A program made the position numbers and the translations under genes. A stretch of 64,000 nt of DNA from Nitrospirales bacterium (GTDB lineage Bacteria; Nitrospirota; Nitrospiria; Nitrospirales; UBA8639): positions 608,001-672,000 of the forward strand of contig CBDBCZ010000017.1 of NCBI GenBank assembly GCA_965203295.1, given 5' to 3'. Under the pieces are notes generated by a model. That model was not told the DNA's origin. It was given only the letters and a program-made list of their open reading frames with translations, and made no database searches. Every line of letters starts with the position of its first letter. Position 1 is the first letter of the stretch. Below are positions 1 to 12,800 of this stretch, piece after piece.

Positions 1-3000
1 TAGCACCTCCGTGAAGGATGGCCGGGAGGATGTGTCTGGATGCCTGGGAGAGATATACCAGCTATATCATGTTGACTTCTTACTACTACTATCATGTTGA
101 CTTTTTCATGTATGTTATGTAAATGAATTACTGATTCAACATATACACAGTGAGTGGAACCCACTATTCTAAACACCTTCAGGACTAAGTATAATTGTAC
201 TGTTTAGAGGTGTGTTCTCATCTTGGGGGTTAATTTATACACATTTGTGACTTTGCAAAATGTCCTCAAGCTATATGCGTAGAGGTGTCAAAGGTTTGAC
301 TGTAAACTGAAATACATACCAACAGTTGATCATCAGTTTGTAAATTTTCTTTGGACAACCGGGAGGTGGAGACAGACGAACGCCAGACTCCACAAGTTCC
401 ATAGCCTGTTATCAAGATACAAAGTAGCTATATAGCTATACCTCAGAAGTTTGTATTAATTAGAAAACTGAACTCTACTAGAATTAACTCTTTGAACGCC
501 ATGGGCACATTTATGTGCCCATATAAAATAGAAAAAACGTGTACTTTATATTAACGCCTAATATAAAAAGGCCAATATAAAATCACATTAGCCTTATGGA
601 TGTATTAAAACTCGGCTGGGAAAGAGTTAATGCAGTACTGAAGATCTAACGCTAATGAGTGGATAACATAATGTGCTATTAGACCAGATAATATAGTCTG
701 TCCATGAGTATAGCATCTAAAGCTGCACTGTTGCATTACATAATGATGTTTTGCATAATACTAGATGTAGTCAATCAGGCCCAGAGACTAAGTAAATGTC
801 TTAGAAGATACCGTGTGTCTTAACTGAGCATTCATGGAGTAGGAATAATAACTACTAGGAATTAATGTCATCATGCATGTGTTGCCTCAACTCATTTTGT
901 CTCCTATAATCAGTAATTCCTCCAGGGTATGTATGTACTCACATCATCTCTAAAATTTCATCACTTATAATTTTACTGGCAGAAAATGTAACATGCACGT
1001 CTCACTTCTAGGTTCGAGTAGATTCGAAACGGTTTGCGTCCAACACTCCATATCTCGAACATCAGCACCCCATAACTCCACACATCACTTGCAGTACTAT
1101 ATTTCTTGAAACTTAATGCCTGAGAAATAAATCAATAACCATTCTTAGCATCTGCGACAACAACAACAACAACAACAACATTACCTCAGGAGCAGTCCAC
1201 TTTACTGGGATCTTCCCTCCATGGGAAACGTAGTAGCTCTCATTCTCCAGATCCCTTGACATTCCGAAATCACTGATCTGTTTTTCAAAGCATTCTTACT
1301 CAAAGATGGTTAGGTCATATTAATTTTTAACTTCTCAATCACCTTGCATGTTCTATCAGCTGCAACTAGAATGTTCCTAGCTGCCAGGTCTCGGTGCACA
1401 AAGGCTTTTTGCGACAAGTACTCCATCCCTGAAGCAACTTCCTGGCAGAACTGCAGCAGCATATGTGGTGCATCTGAAGGCAGTAGTTCCCCGGGCCTGC
1501 CAAGGAATATCAAGATAATTATGACCTGACATCAAAAGTCTGTGTGGTATAATATCATAATAGTGAATGTGATGGTGCATGGATTGCATACATGTACACT
1601 AACTGATGCAAAACATAATAGTACAGATCTTAATTGCAAGCTGAAAGGAATATTATTATTATCGAACTATTAGCAGAGGGGGATGTTCCAAGGTTAATTG
1701 GAGACTAGAACGAGAGGCATGTACCTTATTATTATGTTGAGACTTACGTTGGCTTATGTTTATTGAGGTATTTGCTCATGTCACCATTGGACAGGAGTTC
1801 CAATACAATCATCACCTATGGAAGAAAATGCTTAAATCAGGTCTATCAGCAGTTAAGTGCAGCTTTACATATCAAGTACAGGTGCTTGTCGTAGCGGTAC
1901 GTAGTCTGTTGAATAAATCATGATACAACTCACGGGCTCTCCAACTGTCACTACTCCAAGGAGCTTCACGATGTTGGGGTGCTGAAACTGCCCGTTGATG
2001 GCAGCTTCTTGGAGGAATCTGACCTCATCACCTTGAGATACTCCAGCTTTCAACGTCTTCACTGCAATTTCAACAGCTCCAGTTCTTGTCTGCCAAATGC
2101 CTTTTTCCACACTTCCAAACTGACCAGATCCTAGATGCTCTGTTGTCCTGTGATAATCAAAATGATTGGCACAAACATTTAACATTGCAGATAGAGTGTC
2201 TGCATTAGGAACATACGGTTCCCACAGTTTACGACCATGCACTGCTATTGTGCTTACTGTATAAGTTTCCGGGGTATTTCTCGATACTTATTGACAGACA
2301 GCTGCTTGAAGAGTTCACTTGGATCAGATGATGGCTTCCAGTAGATGTCACTCACTTCAAAGAATGATTCTTGAGGCTTTTGAATCTGAAGCACATGCAA
2401 AATACAAATTGCAAACATTAACAATGAAGAATCTGGAATAGAAAACTATGAACATTACCTCCTCTAGAGCTGCATATATATTCTCATACTGTCTGGATGT
2501 AACCGCCCTCCGTTGCTCCTACAGTATACGAGAAATATAATTCTAGGGACTACATAATATTAATTATCCTCACGTATCATAACTATACCTGAGTAGGCAC
2601 ATAAATGTTCCATTCATAGTGCCCCTACAAAAGTGAAAGAATTTCTGTAAAACAAAAGAAAGGCCTTTTTATTTTGTAGTTACATTTGTGATCTCGTGCC
2701 TTCTTTCTACGAGTGGTACATTAGACATTGGACGCTCAGTGTCAGTTCTCTCCGGATAGTCATAGCTGTCTTCTAGCCTCTGGCGGTTGGGATCTGCATA
2801 CACTGTTTCCCCTGTATCAGCCGGAGCTGGATGTTTGGGTTGTGCCGGCTCACCTTGGAAAATAAATTTCATTAATAAGACTGATTCAGTAGTTTCACCT
2901 ATTGATTTACTAACTCTCACAACATAATCATGTGGATGAAATTTATGGTGTATAAAAGCAATAGTTTGATGATGTTATGAGCTCACTGGAATAGTTAGGG

Positions 3001-6000
3001 TTGTCAACTTCAAGGTGGAATTGCTGTGCCTTTGTCTTTTCCTCAGACTTCACTGTGTCACTGAGATTTGGCGTAAACAAAACTTTTCGTTTCTTGTAGA
3101 AAACGACCAAAGCGACTAGTAGAACCAAAACCAGTACAGCCAACATTCCTCCCACAAAACCGCCAATGAATCCACCCTCGGATTGTGATCGCTCCTGAGA
3201 TGAGAGCGGTTCTATTGTTTGGGATGAAATAACACGGTTTGCTGAATGTGCACAATACAATATATCTTGCTGGATGGGTAGCCATCCATTATTACTGGAT
3301 ATTGGACGAGTCTGTGCTGTATTTGGGCGAGTCAGTAGGACAAGCCAAATACAAGCAAGACGAGTCCAATGTCCAGCGATATTGGATGGCTACCCATTCA
3401 ATGAGAAACACACCACCCATGATTCAATGAGAGTAATTTATTGTATATTGTATGCACTGCCTATGATTCTAAATGGCCTGTTTATCAAGTCGTCCAAAAT
3501 CACTTGGATATTGGACAGTTTTCTATATAGGAATACTACATAGTAGTACTATGAGTGTACAATAAGCTCAAATATGACACTACATGCTTACCAACTACTG
3601 CTGTTATTACTGGAGCATCACCAGTACGTAGAGTGGGTAGATCATTACCATTTCCAACACAAAGAGGATTAGCTTCCAATTCACTCTGACTTGGATTTGA
3701 AAGACTACGGTACCACACTTCAAGGTTTGCAAACTGTTCTCCTTCATCCAGTTCCACCCCTCCAGTGCCACCGTCGTGGTCAGTGTAGAACCCCACAACA
3801 TCTCCAGGTTCAACTATGACCTGATCATTCTCTGGTACATCGATTACAATGCATGAACGAACATTATGAACGGTTCCTGCAACTCCATTATTCACGAAGT
3901 TTGAACCAACTAGAGAGTAACAACCGTCAGTGTTCGTTGGTCTCCACACTTCAAAATAGATATCATATTGATCATCGTTCGCTCGTGGATCCACACATGC
4001 TCCCCACTGTACTACACTGCCTCTACAGTTGAAGGTGTATTCTGGTATAATGGCTTGGATTGAATTATCAAGTATTGGGGCCCCATCTCGATCACCAAAT
4101 AGGGGTGCTCTCAATAAACATTGTGAATTGTCTAAAAAAAACAAAACAATAGACAGATAATAATTGTTAGCACCCAGCAGATCATAATTTATTCTCAATC
4201 TCAATAGAACCATAGATAGTAGAGTAGAGTTCTACTCTACTATCTATGATAGAACCACTAGTTCATACATAATAATGTATTTGATTCACTAGAAGGTACT
4301 ATAAGGGCCAGTCAGTAGCAAATGCGATATGGGTAATGCGCTTATTGTTGATTAATGCTTACCAACCACAGCTGTTATTACAGGAGCACCACTAGTAGAA
4401 AGTGTGTTTAGATCTCCAGTGGCTCCAATGCAAAGAGAGCTGTCCTCTAAATCACTCTGAGTTGGATTTGAAAGTGTACGGTACCACACATCTAGGTCTA
4501 CATCAGTGTCTACTTCTATACCACCACTATCCCGATTATGATCAGAGTAAAACCCCATAACATCTCCTGGCTCCACCACGATGCGCTGATCCTCCGGCAC
4601 ATCATATACTATGCAGCCTCGAGGAACATCTGGATCTCCATCAGCAACAAAGTTGGAATCTACGATGGAGTAGCACCCATCAACTCCATTCGACCTCCAC
4701 ACTTGAAAGTAAATGTCATATCTTTCAGAGCCTCCTCGTGGCTGGACACACGCACCCCACTGAACCACTGGACCACTGCAAGTGAAGGTGTATGTCGGCA
4801 GAATTGCTTGAATTTTGTCTGGTAGTTCACTGTTCGGGTCTCGGTCACCAAACAGAGGTAGGCCTTGTGGACACTGGGAATTTGCTGCATGAGAAATAAG
4901 GATAATATTATAGTATCCACTAAATTGATACAAAAATACACAATGATCACCAGATAGTAATGATCTGTAGGTTACCCATATACAGCACAACTCAAACCTG
5001 ATTCATGATCTGGCCTTTCCATATTTGGCATAATAATGTATTTATAGCTAAGTAAATTAAATACTACTTTGACTTCACTGAGTCTATATTAGTACATGTA
5101 GCTTAGGTTATTGGTTTTACAATGAGTAGTTCAGGTATTCACTAACATGATTAACAAAGGTGGTGTGTCTAGCTATAATGCATGTGTACAACAACACTGC
5201 AGGGAACACTCCAGTTCCTCACTACTCTGAAGGGGCCGCTTCACAATGTTAAAGTTCAGGTGCTCGAATGATCTACTTTTATAAAAGAAGTACAAAGGGG
5301 CTGATGACTGTGCTGGTATGTAGCAGTGTACTCTGCCCCAGGATGATATTGAGAAAGCTAAAACTGCTCCAGGCCTGTGCCATTCCATGGCTTTTTCTTT
5401 TCGCCATGCCATGTCTCTGACACTCAATAACACATTGCAAGAGTATATCTCGTTCAGAACAGCTCTCACAGGAGAAATGTTTCCACCCTTTTTTTGTGTG
5501 TGTGCGAGTGTGTGTGTGTGTGGGGGGGGGGACAATATACCACTTCCACTACTTGGTGTGTAGCCATGGACAGCTGTCTTTAGAATGCTACACAACTCTT
5601 CTGTTCACAGCATTCTGTCCCTCAGGTTAACCAAGATAATCAAGTTACTAAAGAGTACCTTCTGCTTGGACATGCAGTTTATGGACCATATATCCTTGTC
5701 TACTGTTCAAGACATCATGCACCTGACCCAGAAGCATAAGCTACCACAATGAGCTATAGCTACATCAGTGTAAATGTTTAATTGGGTAATGGATGACAGG
5801 TACACAAAGCTGCCCATAGCATTCTGCTTTACAAGCAGTCTCGGTATCTGCCCGTCAGCTCATTTGCAGTATCTTCCTTGAGCTCTATACCTGGATGATA
5901 AGTTGGTGTCTACTGATATGTAAAGGGGAGGGTCTGCCCGCGAATTATCACTCGCCGCTTGTCACAACTCACCTTTGGCTACCAGCAAAAGTAGCGCAGC

Positions 6001-6054
6001 TGCCAGTACAGCGGCCGGTAACTCAAACTTTCTTTCGAGCAATAGGCAGGCCAT
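1..6054 (-). CDS. Receptor tyrosine kinase RTK-1: signal peptide - domain A - domain B - TM - juxtamembrane - Tyr kinase, no Sushi domain; last exon runs off the window start
   Basis: 15 GT-AG exons in continuous frame: 6054-5973 ([27 protein letters not shown]), 4884-4363, 4131-3592, 3211-2987 (TM), 2853-2684, 2624-2589, 2518-2459, 2385-2258, 2147-1934 (GSGQFG, IAVK, FLQEAAI), 1815-1748, 1496-1343 (HRDLAARN), 1277-1185 (DFG..YY..KWTAPE), 1119-1006 (DVWSYG), 405-320, 43-<1. Confidence 0.92.
484..630. mobile_element. TTAA-flanked short non-autonomous element (piggyBac-like MITE) in an RTK-1 intron
   Basis: TTAA-CTCTTT ... AAAGAG-TTAA termini; internal core TTAACGCCTAATATAAAAA shared with copies at 17285 and 55168. 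Confidence 0.6.
3272..3400. repeat. Palindromic interspersed element between domain B and TM exons of RTK-1
   Basis: GATGGGTAGCCATCCA..TGGATATTGGAC inverted against GTCCAATGTCCA..TGGATGGCTACCCATT; partial relatives at ~37761-37860 and ~39107-39205. Confidence 0.55.
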
Positions 6055-6113
6055 GTCGAGTTCGGAATTACCAAAAACGTCACAAAGTGAATTAGCATAA
6101 TTAATTTTTCCAA

Positions 6114-6137
6114 CAGGGCGTGCGAATGGTCACGTGA
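6114..6137 (-). promoter_or_regulatory. Conserved promoter module of RTK-1: E-box CACGTG plus GC-rich element
   Basis: CACGTG at 6131-6136 next to GGGCGTGCGAA; the same module lies upstream of all five signal-peptide exons. Confidence 0.55.
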
Positions 6138-6897
6138 TAGCCATGCAGTCATAATAGTCTCGTGCCCAGCCCCACCCTTCTAAGGGCTGGTCACGAGACT
6201 AGAGACCGTTCATGGACTATGGGCTACTGTTGATTCACTTCCCTGGACTAGGTTTTGATTTATGCTTTTTTGGTGGTCTGATGCGGCCTCATTGTTATGT
6301 TTATTGTTAGTTGGGCGCTAAGCCCTACCTTATTCAGAGACTGATCATGAATTATCTGTGTGTGTTGCTGCAATATTATTCAGGGTTCCACTGAAGTGCA
6401 TACAGTACACACTAATAACACATGACTCCATCACTGCTTGTTGGAGTGATTGAAGTGCACTGTACAATTACTGAACTGATACAGTCGGGCTGGTGTAAGC
6501 ACTATTGATAACCCACTCACGTCTGACAAATACTATGCAGTTACTGTGATTGTTTCCATGCCCAAGAGGCATTAAATTATTGACCAATGGAATTACTATT
6601 ACATACTTGCATGCTTATTGTCCAATAGTATTATAGCTATTACAGATTTACACACTTTTACATACATGTTCAAGAAAACATCATTTGAATACAAGAAAAC
6701 ACAAAAACAAGATAATTATATTGCACACTTTTCTATGTAATTTTAATAAAGTACGATGACAACTATATAATTACAATGTTAAAACTATAAATATTATAGG
6801 TTGCTAACAACCGTTCATATGTTGTATACATGAAATTACAGTGGTAAACTTCATTAATAAACATCAGCTCATGCATAAGTTTTCTGCTATAGCTAGT

Positions 6898-9800
6898 TCA
6901 TGTGTAAGTTCTCTGCAGCTCGGGGTAGAGATCCGCACCGGCCTCCAGAGGAGCCCCCAGCCCTGCAGCCTGGGGGTGGACTGCTGTGTCCTCCGCTGAC
7001 CAGCGCAGCAGATCAGTCTCGGGCTCTGAGAGTGCCTCTAGCACCTCCGTGAAGGACGGACGGGAGGATGTGTCTGGATGCCTGGGAGAGATATACCAGC
7101 TATATCATGTTGACTTCTTACTACTAGACATATACACAGCGAGTGGTACCCATTATATATTCTGGACACCTTCGGGACTTAGCTAGAGTATATTAAGTGT
7201 TGTGTTTAGAGGGTTTTCCTCGTTTTAGCGGTAAATTTATGCTAAGTGTTTATGACTTACAAAATGTCCTTATTAATACTATACATGTGTAGCAGTCCAG
7301 GTAGTAAAACAAATATTATTCCTTTGTGTTTTTCGATTGCATCACCATGTTGAAAATCCAATATCTCCAAAAAGTCAAATGCACTGTGTAAACCAGCAAC
7401 TATCAATACATTTCCACGGCATTTTCGAGTCCCGTCCTTAACGGAAGTTCAGAGATATATATCGTGATGATGTAATCAAAATACACGATGAAATAATACT
7501 CGTTTTTTAACTGGGACTGCCACATTGTAGAGGTGTTTGATTGTAGATTTAAAGACATACCAACAGTGGATCATTATTTGGTAGACTTTCCTTGGACAAC
7601 CGGGAGGTGGAGGTAGGCGAAATCCAGAGTCCACTAGCTGTATAGCCTATTATCAAGAAAAAAGTACCTCAAAAGTATGCTGAAGTATATACCCAAACTG
7701 TACCATGGTGCTGAAAATGTATTAAAAGATAAGCCATAGCTAACATGGAGTGTATACAGCTTCCATCTACAGTCTGGTCCATGAGCATAGCATTTACTTT
7801 AATTGTTCAGGCTGCACTACTGGGGCATTTCACATCACATTACAATGATTACAGTATACAATCTGGCCCCTGAGTATACAAATCAATATCCAGTAAAGTG
7901 TTGTTTGTCTCTACTAAGAATTCAGACAGAAGGAATAATAATAATAACTAGGAATTGGTGCCATCGTGTGTTGCCGCAGCTTGACTGTCTCCAACAGTCA
8001 CAAAACAATTTCTCCACGGTATATGTACTCAGTAACCACTATCTGCAAGGTATGTAACATGCGCGTCTCACTTCTTGGTTTGAGTAAGTTTGAAATGGTT
8101 TGCATCCAACACTCCATATCTCGTACATCAGAGCCCCATAACTCCATATATCACTGGCAGTACTATACTTATTGAAGTTTAGCGCCTGAGAAATGAACCA
8201 AAATCAATTCTTTAACATGTTAAAAGACTCTCTCATATGTAAAGAACATTACCTCCGGAGCAGTCCACTTTACTGGGATTTTTCCTCCGTGAGAAATGTA
8301 GTAGTTTTTATTCTCCAGGTCCCTCGACATTCCAAAATCACTGATCTGTACGTGTTTTAAAATAAACTAACTTATTAATGGCTTAGGTCATATTTAATCG
8401 TAACTTCACCTTGCATGTTCTATCAGCTGCAACTAGAATGTTCCTAGCTGCCAGGTCTCGGTGCACAAAGGCTTTTTGCGACAAGTACTCCATCCCTGAA
8501 GCAACTTCCTGGCAGAACTGCAGCAGCATATGTGGTGTATCTGAAGGCAATAGTTCCCCGGGCCTGCCAAGGAATACCCATATACATATAACTATGACCT
8601 GAAGTCGAAAGTCTGTGTGGCATAGTACAGTGAATGTGATGGTCTCTTTTTGGTCGCGGATCGCATGCACTGACTGTTGAAAAACATGATATAATGAAGG
8701 ATTTCAAATACAGGACGCTGAGAGGGTCGAGCATTGTATTATTCATCTATAAGCAGAGGGAATTGCTTCAAGATTAATTGGAGTTTGCAATGTATCTTAT
8801 TATTAAGACTTACGCCGGCTGCCGTTTAATGAGGTACCTCCGTAGGTTACCATTGGACAAGAGTTCCAATACAATCATCACCTATGGAAAAATAAAGTCA
8901 CCTCAGTCAGGAGTTTATCAATAGCTAGGTAGCAGTCTGCTAAATAACTTGTTGAATAACTCACGGGCTCTCCAACTGTCACTACTCCAAGGAGCTTCAC
9001 GATGTTGGGGTGCTGAAACTGCCCGTTGATGGCAGCTTCTTGGAGGAATCTGACCTCATCACCTTGAGATACTCCAGCTTTTAACGTTTTCACAGCGATT
9101 TCAACAGCTCCTGTTTCTGTCTGCAAAATGCCTTTTGCCACACTTCCAAATTGACCAGATCCTATATCCTCAGTTATCCTTTGGTAATCAGAATGATTGG
9201 CACAAGCATTAACACTTCAGAAAGAGTGTCTGCATTAGGCAACTCATAATTCTTACTGTTCTTTAAGACCACGCACTGTTAGATTGACTTACTGTAGTCG
9301 GTTCCGGGGTATTTCTCGGTATTTATTGACAGACAACTGGTCATAAAGTTTGCTTGGATCAGAAGATGGCTTCCAGTAAGTGTCCCTCACTTCAAAGAAT
9401 GATTCTTGAGGATTTTGAACCTGAGACACATGTAGAATACAATGGTAGACACCACTGTAACAATAATGAAGAATCTGTCATAACTATTACCTCTCTTAAA
9501 GCTGCATATATATTTTCATACGGTGTTTCACTGGATGTAACTGCTCTTCGTTGTTCCTATAGTATAATATAATGTAATATTCCAACAATCATTGCTCTAT
9601 ATACAATAACTATATACCTGAGTAGGCACATAAATGCTCCAATCAAAGTGTCCCTGCAGTAGTATAAGAATTGCAGTAATATATGATTCAAAACACTTAT
9701 TTATTGTTTGTTGAGTTACATTTGCTTCCAACAAGGTTCCTTGTCCTCTTTGTATTCCTGATACACTAGACATTGTGCGATAAATATCAATTCTCTCTGG

Positions 9801-12800
9801 ATCTTCATAGATGTCTTCTAGCTTATGATGGTCAGGATCTTCATACACCGTTTCCCCTGTCTCAGTCACAGATGGATACTGCATGGACTGTGCCAGCATA
9901 CCTAGGAAAAGATTGAAAGAGTGAAGTATCTCCTGTTGATTTATTACATTTTGTCACAAAGTTTCATCTTAATATTATGTGTATAATTTATTTTATAAAT
10001 GGTGCGCATGGTTGGAGCAATTATTATAGTTTTGATGATATTATGAGCTCACCAGAATACAGAGGATTTTCTATCTCAAGGCTGCATAGTTGTATGTTTG
10101 TCCCTTCCTTGTACTTCACTGTGGAATGCAGCTTAAGTGAACCTTTTCTAGATCTTCTGATGTAGAAAATGACCGAAGTAACTATAACAGCCAAAGCTAC
10201 TACAATCAACACTCCTGCCACAAGTCCACCAATGAATCCATCCTCCGATTGCGATTGCTCCTCAGACGAAAGCATGCCTATTGGTTGGGAGAAATGGGCC
10301 CAATATGGCTAGTCAGTTTACAACTGAGGAAAAAGATAACTATCAACGCAAACTCCAATAATTGATTGTTCACGTATACACATGCAATGCAAACTATTTA
10401 AAACATTGGTGTGATTTATAAAACAATGAATAAGTGTAAGCATTATACTACAATTTTCATTTTCCTCTTCAAATTGGAAAGTAAACCAACTCAACTTACG
10501 CACCACATTGAGGGGCACTCTCACTCCACATTCCATCTGCTTGACATGTTCGCACAGCAGCTCCCACAAGGCGATAGTTGGAACCACTGCATGAGTAGTT
10601 TGCAGTTGAGCTTAAAGTGGTCTCAGTCACTGTTACCACGCCATTTTCTGGATTTTGTAGGCTGCCACAATCAATAACTGCAAAATAATAGAAAGCAAAA
10701 GTTTGGATAGATTGTGTTGCATGCCGAAGGTCTGCTTCTTTCTATTGGTAGTGGAATAAAAAAATATACCTTTACCACAGTCAGACAACTTTGTTTTTAA
10801 AATTTGGCTTTTAAATTTGAAACTATTTACCACATTCTGGGTCACTATCACTCCACATTCCATCTGCTTGACATGTTCGCACAGCAGTTCCCACAAGGCG
10901 ATAGTTGGAACCACTGCATGAGTAGCTTGCAGTTGAGCCAAAAGTGGTCTCAGTAACTGTTACCATGCCATTTTCTGGATCTTGTAGGCTGCCACAATCG
11001 ATAACTGCAAAATAATAGAAAGCAAAAGTTTGGATAGATTGTTACATGCCGAGGGTCTGCTTCTTTCTATTGGTAGTGGAATAAAAAATGTACCTTTACC
11101 ACAGTCATTGACAACTTTGTTTTTAAAATTTGGCTTTTAAATTTGAAACTATTTACCACATTCTGGGTCACTATCACTCCACATTCCATCTGCTTGACAT
11201 GTTCGCACAGCAGCTCCCACAAGGCGATAGTTGGAACCACTGCATGAGTAGCTTGCAGTTGAGCCAAAAGTGGTCTCAGTAACTGTTACCATGCCATTTT
11301 CTGGATCTTGTAGGCTGCCACAATCAATAACTGCAAAATAATAGAAAGCAAAAGTTTGGATAGATTGTGTTACATGCCGAGGGTCTGCTTCTTTCTATTA
11401 GTAGTGGAATAAAAAATGTACCTTTACCACAGTCATTGACAACTTTGTTTTTAAAATTTGGCTTTTAAATTTGAAACTATTTACCACATTCTGGGTCACT
11501 ATCACTCCACATTCCATCTGCTTGACATGTTCGCACAGCAGCTCCCACAAGGCGATAGTTGGAACCACTGCATGAGTAGTTTGCAGTCGAGCCAAAAGTG
11601 GTCTCAGTAACTGTTACCATGCCATTGGCTGGATCTTGTAGGCTGCCACAATCGATAACTGCAAAATAATAGAAAGCAAAAGTTTGGATAGATTGTGTTA
11701 CATGCCGAGGGTCTGCTTCTTTCTATTGGTAGTGGAATAAAAAAATGTATATACCTTTACCACAGTCATTGACAACTTTGTTTTTAAAATTTGGCTTTTA
11801 AATTTGAAACTATTTACCACATTCTGGGTCACTATCACTCCACATTCCATCTGCTTGACATGTTCGCACAGCAGCTCCCACAAGGCGATAGTTGGAACCA
11901 CTGCATGAGTAGCTTGCGGTTGAGCCAAGAGTGGTCTCAGTCACTGTTACCACACCATTGGCTGGATCTTGTAGGCTGCCACAATCGATAACTGTGTAAG
12001 TAATAGCAGTTTAAGAAAAGAGTGACAGTATTTCAGGGGCTTTGCACCTTTGCTACAACTTACCACATTCAGGAACACTACCACTCCACATTCCATCTGC
12101 TTGGCAAGTACGCATGGCATCACCCAATAGAATGGTTGGATTACTACAGGAGTAGCTTGCCATTGAGCCAAACGTAGTCATAGTCAGAGACACACTGCCA
12201 TTTGCAGGATTCATTAGGCTGCCACAGTCTGCAGCTGTATATACAATAAAGATGTGTATGATGATCATAGAAATTCATCGAGGTGGCTATATGAATAGAG
12301 TGATCAACACTTTTAGTTCATGCTTGCGTACACCTTCAGCATTTTATCACACATCAGTTTATGTTCATAGATTTGATTAAAACCTTGAGACTATAATTAT
12401 ACAGTACACATTATAGTACTAACCTATTACAGCTGTTATTACGGGAGCATCACCAGTACGTAGAGTGGGTAGATCATTACCATTCCCAACACAAAGAGGA
12501 TTGGCTTCCAATTCACTCTGACTTGGATTTGAAAGACTGCGATACCACACTTCAAGATTTGTAAACTGTGCTCTTTCATCCAATTCAACTCCTCCTGTGC
12601 CACTATCATCATCATCATCAATGTCACGGTGGTCAGTGTAGAACCCCACAACATCTCCAGGCTCCACTATGACCTGATCATTCTCTGGTACATCAATTAC
12701 AATGCATGAACGAACATTATGAACGTTTGCTGCAACTCCATTATTCACAAAGTTCGAACCAACTAAAGAGTAACAACCATCAGTGTCCATTGGTCTCCAC

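Noticed and set aside
1006..2147. Calling the kinases Eph receptors
   Set aside because: The kinase and juxtamembrane motifs are Eph-like, but there is no ephrin-binding domain, FN3 pair or SAM domain; no gene symbol assigned
4538..4825. Recurrent 95-aa plus-strand [11 protein letters not shown]... (also at 13347, 26896, 41726)
   Set aside because: Conserved only because it is antisense to domain A; not called in the RTK-3 copy
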